A stretch of 58,167 nucleotides of DNA from Candidatus Omnitrophota bacterium (GTDB lineage Bacteria; Omnitrophota; Gorgyraeia; Gygaellales; Profunditerraquicolaceae), in contig JAKQWZ010000024.1 in assembly GCA_029561735.1 (NCBI GenBank), positions 1 through 58,167 on the forward strand, given 5' to 3'. The notes beneath the pieces are model-generated. The model was given only the letters and a program-made list of their open reading frames with translations, searched no databases and was not told the origin of the DNA. The position numbers and the translations under genes are program-made. Position 1 is the stretch's first letter; the number at the start of each line of letters is the position of its first letter. Shown one piece after another: positions 20,289-29,408 of this stretch.

Positions 20289-20855
20289 CTATTTCCCGGA
20301 TGCTTCCCTGCCTAAATAAACATTTACTTTTAAATTAATATCCAGCTTTGAACGGCCTTCTCCTGTGCCGGATACATTCAATGATTTTAAGATAATCAAT
20401 ATTGAATCATCGTGCGTCAATGAATTTAAAAAGTCTCCCAAAGACCGGAAATCTCCGGTCAGGACCATGGCCACCGGAATCTCATCTATCTCTAAACCGG
20501 CAATCTTGTCCTTAAGTACCTTTTTCTCCGCCAGCACAATATTTTTAACCTCAATATTAAATCTTCTGGCATTATCCGATATATAATTCATTACAGTTTC
20601 CGGGCGAAGCGGTAATTTTGAGGCAAGCCTGCCAAGATCTTTGTTAAGCTTGGCCACTACATCTGAAAGCTCCCTACCTTGAGCCATTCTGTTGATTTGC
20701 GCAATTTGGTCTTCTGTATAGTTAAGTTTTTGTTTAATCTGGTTAAGTTTTTTACTAGCCGGGGCATAGACAAAAATCCAGAAAAGCAGTATAAAAACAA
20801 GGGCGCCGGAGGCAATATAGATTATCTTCTGTTGTTGTTTTGTAAGTTGTTTCAT
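20289..20855 (-). CDS. pilO: Type IV pilus alignment protein PilO/GspM-like
   Basis: TM + coiled coil + ferredoxin-like domain (LP...E...IPVAMVLTGDFRSLGDFL). Confidence 0.8.
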   Translation of the reverse strand: MKQLTKQQQKIIYIASGALVFILLFWIFVYAPASKKLNQIKQKLNYTEDQIAQINRMAQGRELSDVVAKLNKDLGRLASKLPLRPETVMNYISDNARRFNIEVKNIVLAEKKVLKDKIAGLEIDEIPVAMVLTGDFRSLGDFLNSLTHDDSILIILKSLNVSGTGEGRSKLDINLKVNVYLGREASGK

Positions 20856-22465
20856 TCTAGTTTAAAATCCACCTGGAATTTAGAAACCGGCTGCGCCCCT
20901 ATTTGCGCCTGCTGCATGGAGGCAATATTTACGTCTTTAAGATAAGCAGTGGCATTCATTGCATTTACCAGTTTCCCCAATACTGCATCAGGATTGAGGA
21001 TATTGGTGATATGGCCGGTAATAACTCCTGTCTTGGCATCGCAGTCAATATTAAGCTCGTCAAAAAACAGCTCAGCAGGGGTAATATTGCTGAACCGCTT
21101 CAAAACCTTTCCTGCTTCTACGTCAGAATCCCTTAATCCGGAAATAAAATTATTAAATGAATCCAGCCTGTTTTTCAGGATTCTTACCTGAGAAATGACC
21201 TGCAGGTGCACAAGCGAATTGTCCAGCCTTTTTTGATAAACTGCAGTTGTCCCGGAAGCAAAGATAAAAGAAACCAGCAGCAATAAAAACGCTATTCCTG
21301 CCAGCCAGCGCAAAGACAACTTCTGTAAAGTTTCAATTTTTTCACTGCGAAATTCTGCCGGCAGGATATTCAGGCCTGAAGAAAACCCTGCGGCAGCAGC
21401 CACATCGCAGCAGCTCTCTTCCAGCAGTTCTTTGGAAACAGCCGGATCCGCACTGAATTTACCAATAAAATCCGCTGAACTAACTGGCAGAGAAAGTTCA
21501 GCAGACAGGAATTTGTCTAAATTTATAATCTTTGAGGCTTTTCCGCAGATATGAATACTCTGCGCCGGTCCGGATTTATACTGTGAGTCATAATAAAGCA
21601 GGGAACGTTTTATTTCCTGGGACAACCGTTCCAGCCCCGGGCGTAATAAAGAAATTATCTGCCCGGCCAAAGCCTTATCGCTATAAGATGAGCCTTCTAC
21701 AGGCACGCCATCCTCAAACAATACCTTATTAATCTGCTCATCTGTTAACTGGACTTTCCCGCTTTCCGTAATAAGCGTATCTGCCAGAAGCTGGCGGAAT
21801 TTAGATATGGACACAGGCAATTCACGGTAAAAATCAAAGTGATTATCTTTATATAAAGCAAAAAAACTGGATTCCTCCTGCAGGTCAAGTATAGCAATTG
21901 CGCCGGGATCATTGCGGGCAAGATATCTTGTTGCCATAGCCGCATAAGCCGAGGCCGCAGGTGTAACTGCCACACAGCTCAGGCCTGCCTGTTTAATTAT
22001 ATTTACCAGGGTTGTCAGCTTATCTGAATCTCCGGCAGCAAGGATAATATCCAAAAGCTCTGAACCGTCTTCCTTGGTAAGCTTTTTTAGAATCTGAAAA
22101 TCTATTGCGGCTCTGGAATTGTCAAAAGCTGCTTCATCCTTTATCTGCCATCTTATGGATTGGGCTAATTCCGCTTTAGGCAAAGCCGGCAGCTGCAGGC
22201 GTTTGATAATAAAAGTATTATTTGGAGGTATTAATACGGCTTTTTTTTCTGAAACAGAAATATTTTTCAGGAAATTCTGGAGGGATTGCAGAATAAATGA
22301 TTCGGGTTTTTCCTGAGGCAAGTCAAGGAGCTCTAATTTCTTTACCTTATAATCCTTAAGAGAAACACACAACAACTTTAAGCCGGAACTCAAATCAACC
22401 ACAATTAACGAATTCGGATTTTTGGAAAAACCTAGACTAAAATTATGCCTTAATTTTTCAAGCAT
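20852..22465 (-). CDS. pilM: PilM actin-like domain fused to a TM + PilN-like periplasmic domain
   Basis: IVVDLSSGLK, IIKRLQLP, EIKRSLLYY, ICGKASKI and LNILP, then a TM helix and a PilN-like C-terminus; 537 aa. Confidence 0.8.
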   Translation of the reverse strand: MLEKLRHNFSLGFSKNPNSLIVVDLSSGLKLLCVSLKDYKVKKLELLDLPQEKPESFILQSLQNFLKNISVSEKKAVLIPPNNTFIIKRLQLPALPKAELAQSIRWQIKDEAAFDNSRAAIDFQILKKLTKEDGSELLDIILAAGDSDKLTTLVNIIKQAGLSCVAVTPAASAYAAMATRYLARNDPGAIAILDLQEESSFFALYKDNHFDFYRELPVSISKFRQLLADTLITESGKVQLTDEQINKVLFEDGVPVEGSSYSDKALAGQIISLLRPGLERLSQEIKRSLLYYDSQYKSGPAQSIHICGKASKIINLDKFLSAELSLPVSSADFIGKFSADPAVSKELLEESCCDVAAAAGFSSGLNILPAEFRSEKIETLQKLSLRWLAGIAFLLLLVSFIFASGTTAVYQKRLDNSLVHLQVISQVRILKNRLDSFNNFISGLRDSDVEAGKVLKRFSNITPAELFFDELNIDCDAKTGVITGHITNILNPDAVLGKLVNAMNATAYLKDVNIASMQQAQIGAQPVSKFQVDFKLE

Positions 22466-22471
22466 TGGTCC

Positions 22472-22480
22472 ATTATATCA
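22472..22480 (-). promoter_or_regulatory. Extended -10 promoter (TGA-TATAAT) 6 nt before the pilM ATG; probable leaderless mRNA
   Basis: Minus strand reads TGATATAATGGACCA-ATG. Confidence 0.5.
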
Positions 22481-22499
22481 TAAAAAACAAGAAAACTTA

Positions 22500-24005
22500 T
22501 TAAATTCCGCTCCAGGAATCTGGGTCTTTAGTGGCAAAACCATCAAACCCTTCCAACGGAGGGTCTGGCAACGCATCAGGATTATAAGTAATATTAGCAT
22601 TATCTATATCATTACCGTTAAACCCGTTAATGATCATTGAGCCGGTGATATTGACCCTGTTGGCGTTGTTTGAGCCTTGGATATTTGTCCTGCCTAAATT
22701 ATTAGTATCACGCTGATAAATCAGGCCGACAACGCTGGCTGTATCAGTTATATCCAGCGTCGGAGTGCCCCTGCCGATGCTAAAAACATTACACGGAGCT
22801 AAAATAGTCCCTACGCTTGTCCCTGAATCCTCTATTCTTAATAAATTATTTGCAGCGCTTCCCGGATCATTCAAAAAAATAGCAGAATCGGTAATGTTTG
22901 CACTTGACTGAATTATAATCCGGCGCGCAGCCAGAATTTGCGCGCCATCAATATTAGTTGTATTGTTTCTAATAGTTATTTCCCCGTTTGTTGCGCCGTC
23001 ACTTTTTGAATACATCCGCACTCCTGCGTTCATAGTAACCGAGGTGTCATTCTGGGTGGAATTTATCAATATGTCCCTGCCGGCTATAAGCACGATATTG
23101 CCTCCTAAAGGAGAAAAAGTCAATGTGCCGGAATCCCCGTTTGCAGAATGAAGCAATATATCACGATTGGCTACGATATAGCCGTTTCCGCTGATAGTAA
23201 TGGTATTATTGGTATTAAAATCCCTGCAGCAGATTGTATTACCGGCTAAAACCAGGCTTACATTCTGATCTGTATCACTGCCGGAAACACAAGCAGCTTC
23301 ACGGCCGTCATAATCACTCATCAAAGAAGTATAGTAGGTGGCGTCAAAGGGCGGCGTGGAATGAGTAGCGGTAGATCCGGAAAAATCGGAAAAATAAGGG
23401 AAACTTCCAACATCTACTTGGGTATAAGTCCCCCCTCCGGAAATATTTTCTGTTGTAGGCCTATAAGCATTGCCATTTAAGACAGAATTTCCCGCCCCTA
23501 TGGTTGTCGAGCCGATTGACCAAAAATCACCGTTTACAGTAACATTGGTAAAAGTAAGGTTTGCTACATCCCTGCCCCAGAATAAAGCAAATTTAGTGGC
23601 TGAAGGCAGTTTCCAGGCCCGTTGAGCCATGGTTCGTTTTATTGTAACTCCGTTTGCTCCGGCAACATTACCTATAACAGAAACATCCATTGCCGTTGCA
23701 GTTGTGCTATCGGTTTGCGGCGAAGCTTTATTACTCAAAGTCACATCAAATGTTCCCGGCCCTAAAACAACTCCGGCTTGATCAACTTCTGCTGTCCAAT
23801 CATCCGTATCGCATAATCTCTGCATATACCAGTTAAGCCCTGCCTGAGCAAGGCCTAAAGCCTGGCTGGAACGCAGGTAATCCGGAGTTGAACGCGTAGT
23901 CACTGCCACCAAAGAAGCCAACACCGTACTTAAAGCAGCTGTTATCAACATTATCGCGATTACAGCCACAAGCAAGACACCTTTTTTATTATTTAAATTT
24001 TTCAT
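22500..24005 (-). CDS. Large PilX-like minor pilin with Asn/Gly/Thr-rich beta-solenoid domain
   Basis: KKG|VLLVAVIAIML lacks Glu5; QALGLAQAGLNW; 501 aa. Confidence 0.78.
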   Translation of the reverse strand: MKNLNNKKGVLLVAVIAIMLITAALSTVLASLVAVTTRSTPDYLRSSQALGLAQAGLNWYMQRLCDTDDWTAEVDQAGVVLGPGTFDVTLSNKASPQTDSTTATAMDVSVIGNVAGANGVTIKRTMAQRAWKLPSATKFALFWGRDVANLTFTNVTVNGDFWSIGSTTIGAGNSVLNGNAYRPTTENISGGGTYTQVDVGSFPYFSDFSGSTATHSTPPFDATYYTSLMSDYDGREAACVSGSDTDQNVSLVLAGNTICCRDFNTNNTITISGNGYIVANRDILLHSANGDSGTLTFSPLGGNIVLIAGRDILINSTQNDTSVTMNAGVRMYSKSDGATNGEITIRNNTTNIDGAQILAARRIIIQSSANITDSAIFLNDPGSAANNLLRIEDSGTSVGTILAPCNVFSIGRGTPTLDITDTASVVGLIYQRDTNNLGRTNIQGSNNANRVNITGSMIINGFNGNDIDNANITYNPDALPDPPLEGFDGFATKDPDSWSGI

Positions 24006-24501
24006 TTAATCTTCTTAAATTCTGCGGCCGGGTTGAAAATTGAAAAGGCAAAGTATTGCTTCCGGAAAATACGGTTAAATTAACCTGGATCCTCCGGATA
24101 TCAGTATTATTCGCAGATACAACAGGCACAGCAATAGCTGCCTCATTGTCATTAATATAGGTGTAAGTAAGCGCGGAAACATTATCACTTAAGCCGTCGG
24201 AATTACGTCTAAGCAGATTACCGCTTCTATCAAAAGTAATAGCATTACTGTTAATATCATTAAAAGTATACACTGAAGCATTTGCGGTGGTAACCGAAGC
24301 ATCGTCTTTTAGCCTACGCATCTCCCGCGACATCCTGTTCATTGCCACTATTGCCGAAAAAACCGCATTATCCTGAAATTGGCTGTTATAACTCCAGGCA
24401 TCCACTGTCTGCATAAGCATTGGCACTCCTATGCCGGCTAAAATACCCACCAGCACCATGACCATTACTACCTCAATCAGAGTAAATCCGTGTTTTTTCA
24501 T
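23989..24501 (-). CDS. Minor pilin (PilW-like)
   Basis: MKKHG|FTLIEVVMV motif; alternative start at 24513. Confidence 0.85.
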   Translation of the reverse strand: MKKHGFTLIEVVMVMVLVGILAGIGVPMLMQTVDAWSYNSQFQDNAVFSAIVAMNRMSREMRRLKDDASVTTANASVYTFNDINSNAITFDRSGNLLRRNSDGLSDNVSALTYTYINDNEAAIAVPVVSANNTDIRRIQVNLTVFSGSNTLPFQFSTRPQNLRRLNEKFK

Positions 24502-24502
24502 A

Positions 24503-24904
24503 TTACCAGTCATTAGCTAATATAGTAACCAGCGTATTTGTGCCGGACATAGTATTGTTTACTCTTACCTGAATTCTTTTATAATCAGTAGGCCCTGCAA
24601 CCGCTGTATCCAGGGCTCCGGCATTGACATATTCAACTACTATTTGCTTTGTATACGCGGCAAACGGCGCGGAAAATGCTACAGCAGCCTCTGATACGCA
24701 TAAAGAAAAACGTTCGGCAGTCACTCTCTCCATCTCGCCTTCGGCAAGAGCAACAGCAGTTGCCTGCGCCTGAGAAAAACCGTTTTGCTGCGCCATAACA
24801 GTAGCCACCAGTATTGCAAAAGGCGTAATGGTAATAGCAATAATGATCATTGACATTACCGCTTCAATAATCGTAAAACTCTTTTTATTACGTAAAATCA
24901 TCAC
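24503..24904 (-). CDS. Minor pilin (PilV-like)
   Basis: KKS|FTIIEAVMSM motif. Confidence 0.82.
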   Translation of the reverse strand: MMILRNKKSFTIIEAVMSMIIIAITITPFAILVATVMAQQNGFSQAQATAVALAEGEMERVTAERFSLCVSEAAVAFSAPFAAYTKQIVVEYVNAGALDTAVAGPTDYKRIQVRVNNTMSGTNTLVTILANDW

Positions 24905-25383
24905 TGCACCTTGCCTGTATTCCTAGTAATAGTAATTATAACGCTGCCCACCCCTCTATTTAAAGTAATAGTGCCGCTGCTTGCCAAAGGAGTTATGCCA
25001 TCAGAAGGCTCGCCCAAATTGTTAAATTCAAGCCTGTTTCCAAAAGTCGGGGAAGTAAAAGTTACGCCCTGAAAACTGGTATCAGTTGCAAAATCCACAG
25101 TAAAAGGCGAATTAGTCAAAGGATCCTGGACTATATTTGTGGTGTTCTGGCTATAAACCGAATAGGTTGAGGCACCGGGGTCAAAAATAACACCGTGATT
25201 AAGCTGCTGAGTAACTGCGAGGTTTTGCGCGTAATGTATATCTGTGATCAGCTTCCACTTTGCAACTTCAAGATTGGTTGAGGCCAGGCTTGAGGCTATA
25301 TCGTTAATAATAGCAATAGAGAGTATTCCGGTTATCAACAGGACCATTACCAGTTCAACAAGCGAAAAAGCCCTTTTATGCAT
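24901..25383 (-). CDS. Minor pilin (FimT/GspH-like)
   Basis: KRA|FSLVELVMV, DIHYAQNLA and LEFNNLGEP motifs. Confidence 0.85.
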   Translation of the reverse strand: MHKRAFSLVELVMVLLITGILSIAIINDIASSLASTNLEVAKWKLITDIHYAQNLAVTQQLNHGVIFDPGASTYSVYSQNTTNIVQDPLTNSPFTVDFATDTSFQGVTFTSPTFGNRLEFNNLGEPSDGITPLASSGTITLNRGVGSVIITITRNTGKVQ

Positions 25384-25389
25384 AAAAAT

Positions 25390-25398
25390 ATTATAACA
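25390..25398 (-). promoter_or_regulatory. Extended -10 promoter (TGT-TATAAT) 6 nt before the fimT-like ATG; probable leaderless mRNA
   Basis: Minus strand reads TGTTATAATATTTTT-ATG, with no SD. Confidence 0.5.
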
Positions 25399-25404
25399 CC
25401 TTTC

Positions 25405-26112
25405 CTATTTCTTTCTATATTTTTTGAGACAATACCAAGATAAAACTCCCATTATCCCCAGCCCGTATTTTATTCCGGCTACAGGGCCGACTTCCGAGGC
25501 TTCGGGAAAATAACGCGTAGGTATGGGTATTTCAACGATACGCATTTTTTGTTCGGCTGCCTGGACAAGTATCTGGGCATCAAAAAGGAAGCCGTCGCAA
25601 TTTTTCTGCCAGTCAACAGTCTCAAGGAATTTTCTGGAATAAGAACGCAGGCCTGTGTGATATTCAGAGAGCTTCTGACCTAAAACCGCATTCTGGCAAA
25701 AAGTCAGAAACCTGTTTGATATATATTTATATAAGGGCATTCCCCCTTCCAGCGCTTTTCCTCCTAATATGCGCGAACCTAAAACACAATCCGCTTTGCC
25801 CTCTTTTATCGGCCGGGCCATCTCGGGTATTTTAGTGGCGTCATACTGGTTATCCGCGTGCAGCATAACAACTACATCAGCCCCTCTTTTTAACGCCTCG
25901 CGGTAAAGCGTCTTTTGATTTGCTCCGTAGCCCATATTCTTTTCGTGCACCATGACTTCAATTCCCAGCGAACGCGCAAGCTCTGCTGTCTTATCTGATG
26001 AAAAATCATCACAAAGGATTATTTCATCAACTATATCTTTACGGATATCTGCAAATACCGTTTTTAGCGTCCTCTCTGCGTTATATGCCGGCATCACTAC
26101 TATAGTCTTCAT
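25405..26112 (-). CDS. GT2 glycosyltransferase (DPM1/ArnC-like polyprenol-phosphate sugar synthase)
   Basis: VVMPAYNAE, DDFSSD, NMGYGA, HADNQYD, GSR and TGLRSY motifs. Confidence 0.88.
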   Translation of the reverse strand: MKTIVVMPAYNAERTLKTVFADIRKDIVDEIILCDDFSSDKTAELARSLGIEVMVHEKNMGYGANQKTLYREALKRGADVVVMLHADNQYDATKIPEMARPIKEGKADCVLGSRILGGKALEGGMPLYKYISNRFLTFCQNAVLGQKLSEYHTGLRSYSRKFLETVDWQKNCDGFLFDAQILVQAAEQKMRIVEIPIPTRYFPEASEVGPVAGIKYGLGIMGVLSWYCLKKYRKK

Positions 26113-28466
26113 TTCTTCATCCTTAGTATCAGCAAAATAATTACAGCTGACAGTAAAGCCGCTGCCGCAATAGCCAAACCGATCTTAAAAGATACAGGGT
26201 TATAAACAAATACCACCTTATGATTTCCTATTGGCAGGCTTACTGCGCGCAGGCAATAATTTGCTTTATAGAGTTTCTGCTTTTTCCCGTCCACATAGGC
26301 TTCCCACCCCGGATAGTAATTATCCGCCAATATCAGGAATTTCTGCTCTCCAACTACCTGCGCCTCTATCTCAACTTTATTCGCCTCATATTTTACCACA
26401 TTCACATACTCTTTTTCCTTTAACTTGTGGCTTGTAGCTTGTGGCTTGTGGCTCTCGTCTGGCCCTTCCTCCAATATCACCAGCCTATCCGGCTTAAAAT
26501 CTTTTGACTTCAGCTTTGCGGCAATATCCAATTCTTTTTTTACCACTACAAAATCTTTAACTAAATAAGCCCGGCCCAAACAATCCTTATTTTCATAAAT
26601 ATAGGCGTTTATCCCTTTATTTACCAGTTTACAGTGTGGGTCTTTTATTTTATCAGGCGTAATAATATATTTTACATTAAGCATATTCAACAAGTTGGTA
26701 CTTGACGGATAAGGCGAGGTATCAATAATATTCATCACTTTTGAATAATTATCATTGTGTATGGACAAATATCCCCGGGACTGTTGTATGCCGTATTCTA
26801 TATGGCGGTTAGGGCAAAGGCTGTCAAGGGATGCGGCAAAAGCATTTTCATATGTGTCTCCTCTTAAGACCTCGTTCTCTTTAATCATTTTATAAGAAGA
26901 ATAGATACGGTGAAGCGTTTTATCTTTTTTTAAGAATGCTATATTAGAGGTCTCCCTGCGCATTATTTCAGCCGGCAAAGTCGGATTGACCTCAATATTT
27001 TTTCCTCCTAAGAGGTCCGCGAATATCAAGCCGATAATAACTGCGCCCAGAAAGGCTTTTCTCATTTTAACCATTGAGCCGATAAATAGAAATGTACAAC
27101 CCAGCACTATAAAAAGCAAAAGCCGCCTAAAATTAAACAGATCAACCATAAAAATCAGGAAATACTGGTAATTCAGGGAATCATTTCCCAGTTTTAGCCC
27201 TTTTATGAAATTATCGGCATAAGAATACAGCTGGAATTTGTAGATATACAGGGCCAAGAATAACAGGGCAGCCAAAAAAGCCGCAACAAACATTCCTTTG
27301 ATAAATTTTTTAAAAATATGGGATTTATTTTCAATCCTATTGCAATATTCCTGCCATCCTGCTCCGGCCAGAAACGAAAAAGAAACCGCGCTTATAAAGA
27401 AAAACTTTATAGGATAGCGGATCATATTAAATCCGGGCAGAAAGTCATAAAATATTTTATACAGCGGCGTAAAGCGGCCGAAAACCAATAGCAGGCCCAG
27501 TAGGAACATAAGCTTGAAAAAGCTGCTCAAATCATCCCTTCTAAACACAAAGGCAATAAGAAACAATAAAACCGGAATCGCCCCAAAATACGTCAAAAGC
27601 AGCCAATCCTGGCGTATCGGGTCTCCCAAATTAAAAGTGAGCGGCCCATAGAAGAACGGCATAATAAGATTCACCAAATCGCGCGGATGAAAGCTCCAGC
27701 AGGCAGCCAGATTATAATCAGTAGAAAGCCGGGTAGAGTGCCTGATTAGCTCCGCAAAAGGCAATATCTGGAAACTAAACAATAGCAGCATTAGCACTAT
27801 CGGGCTTATAAAAATCAGGCAGATCTTAAAAACGTCTTTTGGGACGGCAATTATTTTTAAAAGAGAATACACTCCCAGCAAAAAAACCGTAGCATACAGC
27901 GGAGTCGGCTCGCCTCCTAAAAACATTACACCCATAAAAAAAGCAGTCAAAAATGCGTAAACCGCCTTTTGAGATAGAAACAGCCGGTTAAAAAAAAGAA
28001 AAACCAACGGAAACCATATAGCTGAAGATAGCGTAGTGGTCAGATTGATCACGCCGATAAGATAGCCGCTAAACATAAAGACAACCGCAGATATAACTGC
28101 GGCAATGTGATTAAATTTCAGGTCCCTCATCAAAATATAGAAAAACATCCCGCCTAAGAATATATGCAGGATTATGAAAAAGTTAAAAGCAAAATTGAAA
28201 TTAAAAACCAGATAGACAAAACTCAAGGGATATAACACAGCTGATTGTAGCGCGGCAAATAGCGGATGTCCCGAAGACACATATTGATTCCAAAACGGAA
28301 AGATTCCTGATTTAATCTGCTCAAAAGCAAACATGCGCATGGGATAATAATAACGGGAAAGGTCGCGGAAGGAAAAAATACGATCAGAGAATAAAATATC
28401 CGAAAAATATATAAAAGTTAGAATTGCTAAAGTTGATACGGCTAGAATATTACGTAATGGTCTCAT
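26109..28466 (-). CDS. YfhO-family multi-pass membrane protein (GT-C fold glycosyltransferase)
   Basis: DLSRYYYP, PFWNQYVSSGHPL, RYPIKF; C-terminal LADNYYPGWEAYVDG and RAVSLPIGNH signature. Confidence 0.85.
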   Translation of the reverse strand: MRPLRNILAVSTLAILTFIYFSDILFSDRIFSFRDLSRYYYPMRMFAFEQIKSGIFPFWNQYVSSGHPLFAALQSAVLYPLSFVYLVFNFNFAFNFFIILHIFLGGMFFYILMRDLKFNHIAAVISAVVFMFSGYLIGVINLTTTLSSAIWFPLVFLFFNRLFLSQKAVYAFLTAFFMGVMFLGGEPTPLYATVFLLGVYSLLKIIAVPKDVFKICLIFISPIVLMLLLFSFQILPFAELIRHSTRLSTDYNLAACWSFHPRDLVNLIMPFFYGPLTFNLGDPIRQDWLLLTYFGAIPVLLFLIAFVFRRDDLSSFFKLMFLLGLLLVFGRFTPLYKIFYDFLPGFNMIRYPIKFFFISAVSFSFLAGAGWQEYCNRIENKSHIFKKFIKGMFVAAFLAALLFLALYIYKFQLYSYADNFIKGLKLGNDSLNYQYFLIFMVDLFNFRRLLLFIVLGCTFLFIGSMVKMRKAFLGAVIIGLIFADLLGGKNIEVNPTLPAEIMRRETSNIAFLKKDKTLHRIYSSYKMIKENEVLRGDTYENAFAASLDSLCPNRHIEYGIQQSRGYLSIHNDNYSKVMNIIDTSPYPSSTNLLNMLNVKYIITPDKIKDPHCKLVNKGINAYIYENKDCLGRAYLVKDFVVVKKELDIAAKLKSKDFKPDRLVILEEGPDESHKPQATSHKLKEKEYVNVVKYEANKVEIEAQVVGEQKFLILADNYYPGWEAYVDGKKQKLYKANYCLRAVSLPIGNHKVVFVYNPVSFKIGLAIAAAALLSAVIILLILRMKK
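26424..26453. repeat. Heptamer tandem repeat (CTTGTGG x4, one copy CTTGTAG) inside the YfhO CDS
   Basis: cttgtgg cttgtag cttgtgg cttgtgg ct; encodes SHKPQATSHK. Confidence 0.8.
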
Positions 28467-28513
28467 TTTTTGAAGTTATCCACAATGTAGAGCAGGCTTA
28501 AACCTCCTCTACT

Positions 28514-28548
28514 AAAAAAGCCCTGATTTTTGGTCAGGGCTCTTTTTT
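28514..28548 (-). terminator. Intrinsic terminator after the major pilin gene
   Basis: GCCCTGA/TCAGGGC stem (28520-28526/28534-28540), with an A6 tract on one side and a T-rich tract on the other. Confidence 0.8.
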
Positions 28549-28572
28549 AAAAACATTATAAATTAAACAATA

Positions 28573-28980
28573 CTAAAAAACGCTTGAGTCGGTTGTTGCT
28601 CCCCAAATGCTTCCGCTGGCAGTATGGTACACCCATCCTGCACTGGCAGCAGTAGCCCTGGTAGTTGCAGCTGTAGTAACAATAGTAGTGGCATCAGTAG
28701 AAACAGCTACAAACGGATTCGGAGGAACGCTTCCGTTAAGCATAACTCCACCGGAAGTAGTAGTCATATCAGTCAAAGCTGGAAATGTCGGCACGCCGCT
28801 TGTGGCTTCTTTTGCATACCAGATAGATATGCCGCTGCGTAATCCGCCCAATGCGCCTTTGCAAGCCGCAATCTGCGCCTGATTCTGCAAATTAAAAAAT
28901 GTCGGCACTGCAACAGCAGCCAAAATCCCCAAAATCACTATAACCATTACTAGCTCAATTAAAGTAAAACCTTTACGCAT
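28573..28980 (-). CDS. pilA: Probable major type IV pilin
   Basis: MRKG|FTLIELVMVIVILGILAAVAVP; strong GGAGGA SD; followed by its own terminator; 131 aa mature. Confidence 0.8.
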   Translation of the reverse strand: MRKGFTLIELVMVIVILGILAAVAVPTFFNLQNQAQIAACKGALGGLRSGISIWYAKEATSGVPTFPALTDMTTTSGGVMLNGSVPPNPFVAVSTDATTIVTTAATTRATAASAGWVYHTASGSIWGATTDSSVF

Positions 28981-29002
28981 CTGTCCTCCTCCATTAATAT
29001 TA

Positions 29003-29401
29003 TTACCAATTATTACGGCCCGGCGTCTCTGTCCAAACCATGCCGCTAAGTTTATTATATCTGTATTTGTTAAAAAACGGGTCTAAAAGCGCGCCATCCC
29101 TGCCTATCCGGACAGCCTTTAAATAACTTTCATATGTCACTGTACCATCGGGATTTGCGCGAGTCAAGCTCTTTTTTAACAGCTCTTTCAAATCAGGCGG
29201 CAGCTTGTTATTTATTACCAAGTAATGCTGAATAGCCATACGGATTCCGCTTAATTCATTCTGCAACGCCAAATCTTTAGCCACCTTGAGAGTTGTATTG
29301 GCATAAGCGGCAAAAATCCCCATCAGAATAAAAATAATGCAAGCGGTTACTAAAAGCTCTAAAAGCGAAAATGCCTTTACTGCGCGTTTTAGGTTTCGCA
29401 T
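29003..29401 (-). CDS. Pilin/pseudopilin-like protein (GspG-like)
   Basis: KA|FSLLELLV motif; LPPDL and LDPFFNKY segments. Confidence 0.75.
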   Translation of the reverse strand: MRNLKRAVKAFSLLELLVTACIIFILMGIFAAYANTTLKVAKDLALQNELSGIRMAIQHYLVINNKLPPDLKELLKKSLTRANPDGTVTYESYLKAVRIGRDGALLDPFFNKYRYNKLSGMVWTETPGRNNW

Positions 29402-29408
29402 CCGCTGT

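Noticed and set aside
28476-28484. Perfect DnaA box TTATCCACA upstream of the YfhO gene
   Set aside because: Single copy, with no cluster, AT-rich unwinding element or dnaA/dnaN context.
28467-28511. Strong SD (AGAGGAGGT) in a hairpin followed by a 10-codon CTG-started mini-ORF overlapping the YfhO ATG
   Set aside because: It needs a rare CTG start and there is no supporting evidence; it cannot be distinguished from chance.
28573-28980. Possible electrically conductive (e-pilin) type
   Set aside because: F/W/Y content is 11 of 131 (8.4%), and aromatics are missing at Geobacter-equivalent positions 27, 32 and 57. Borderline at best.
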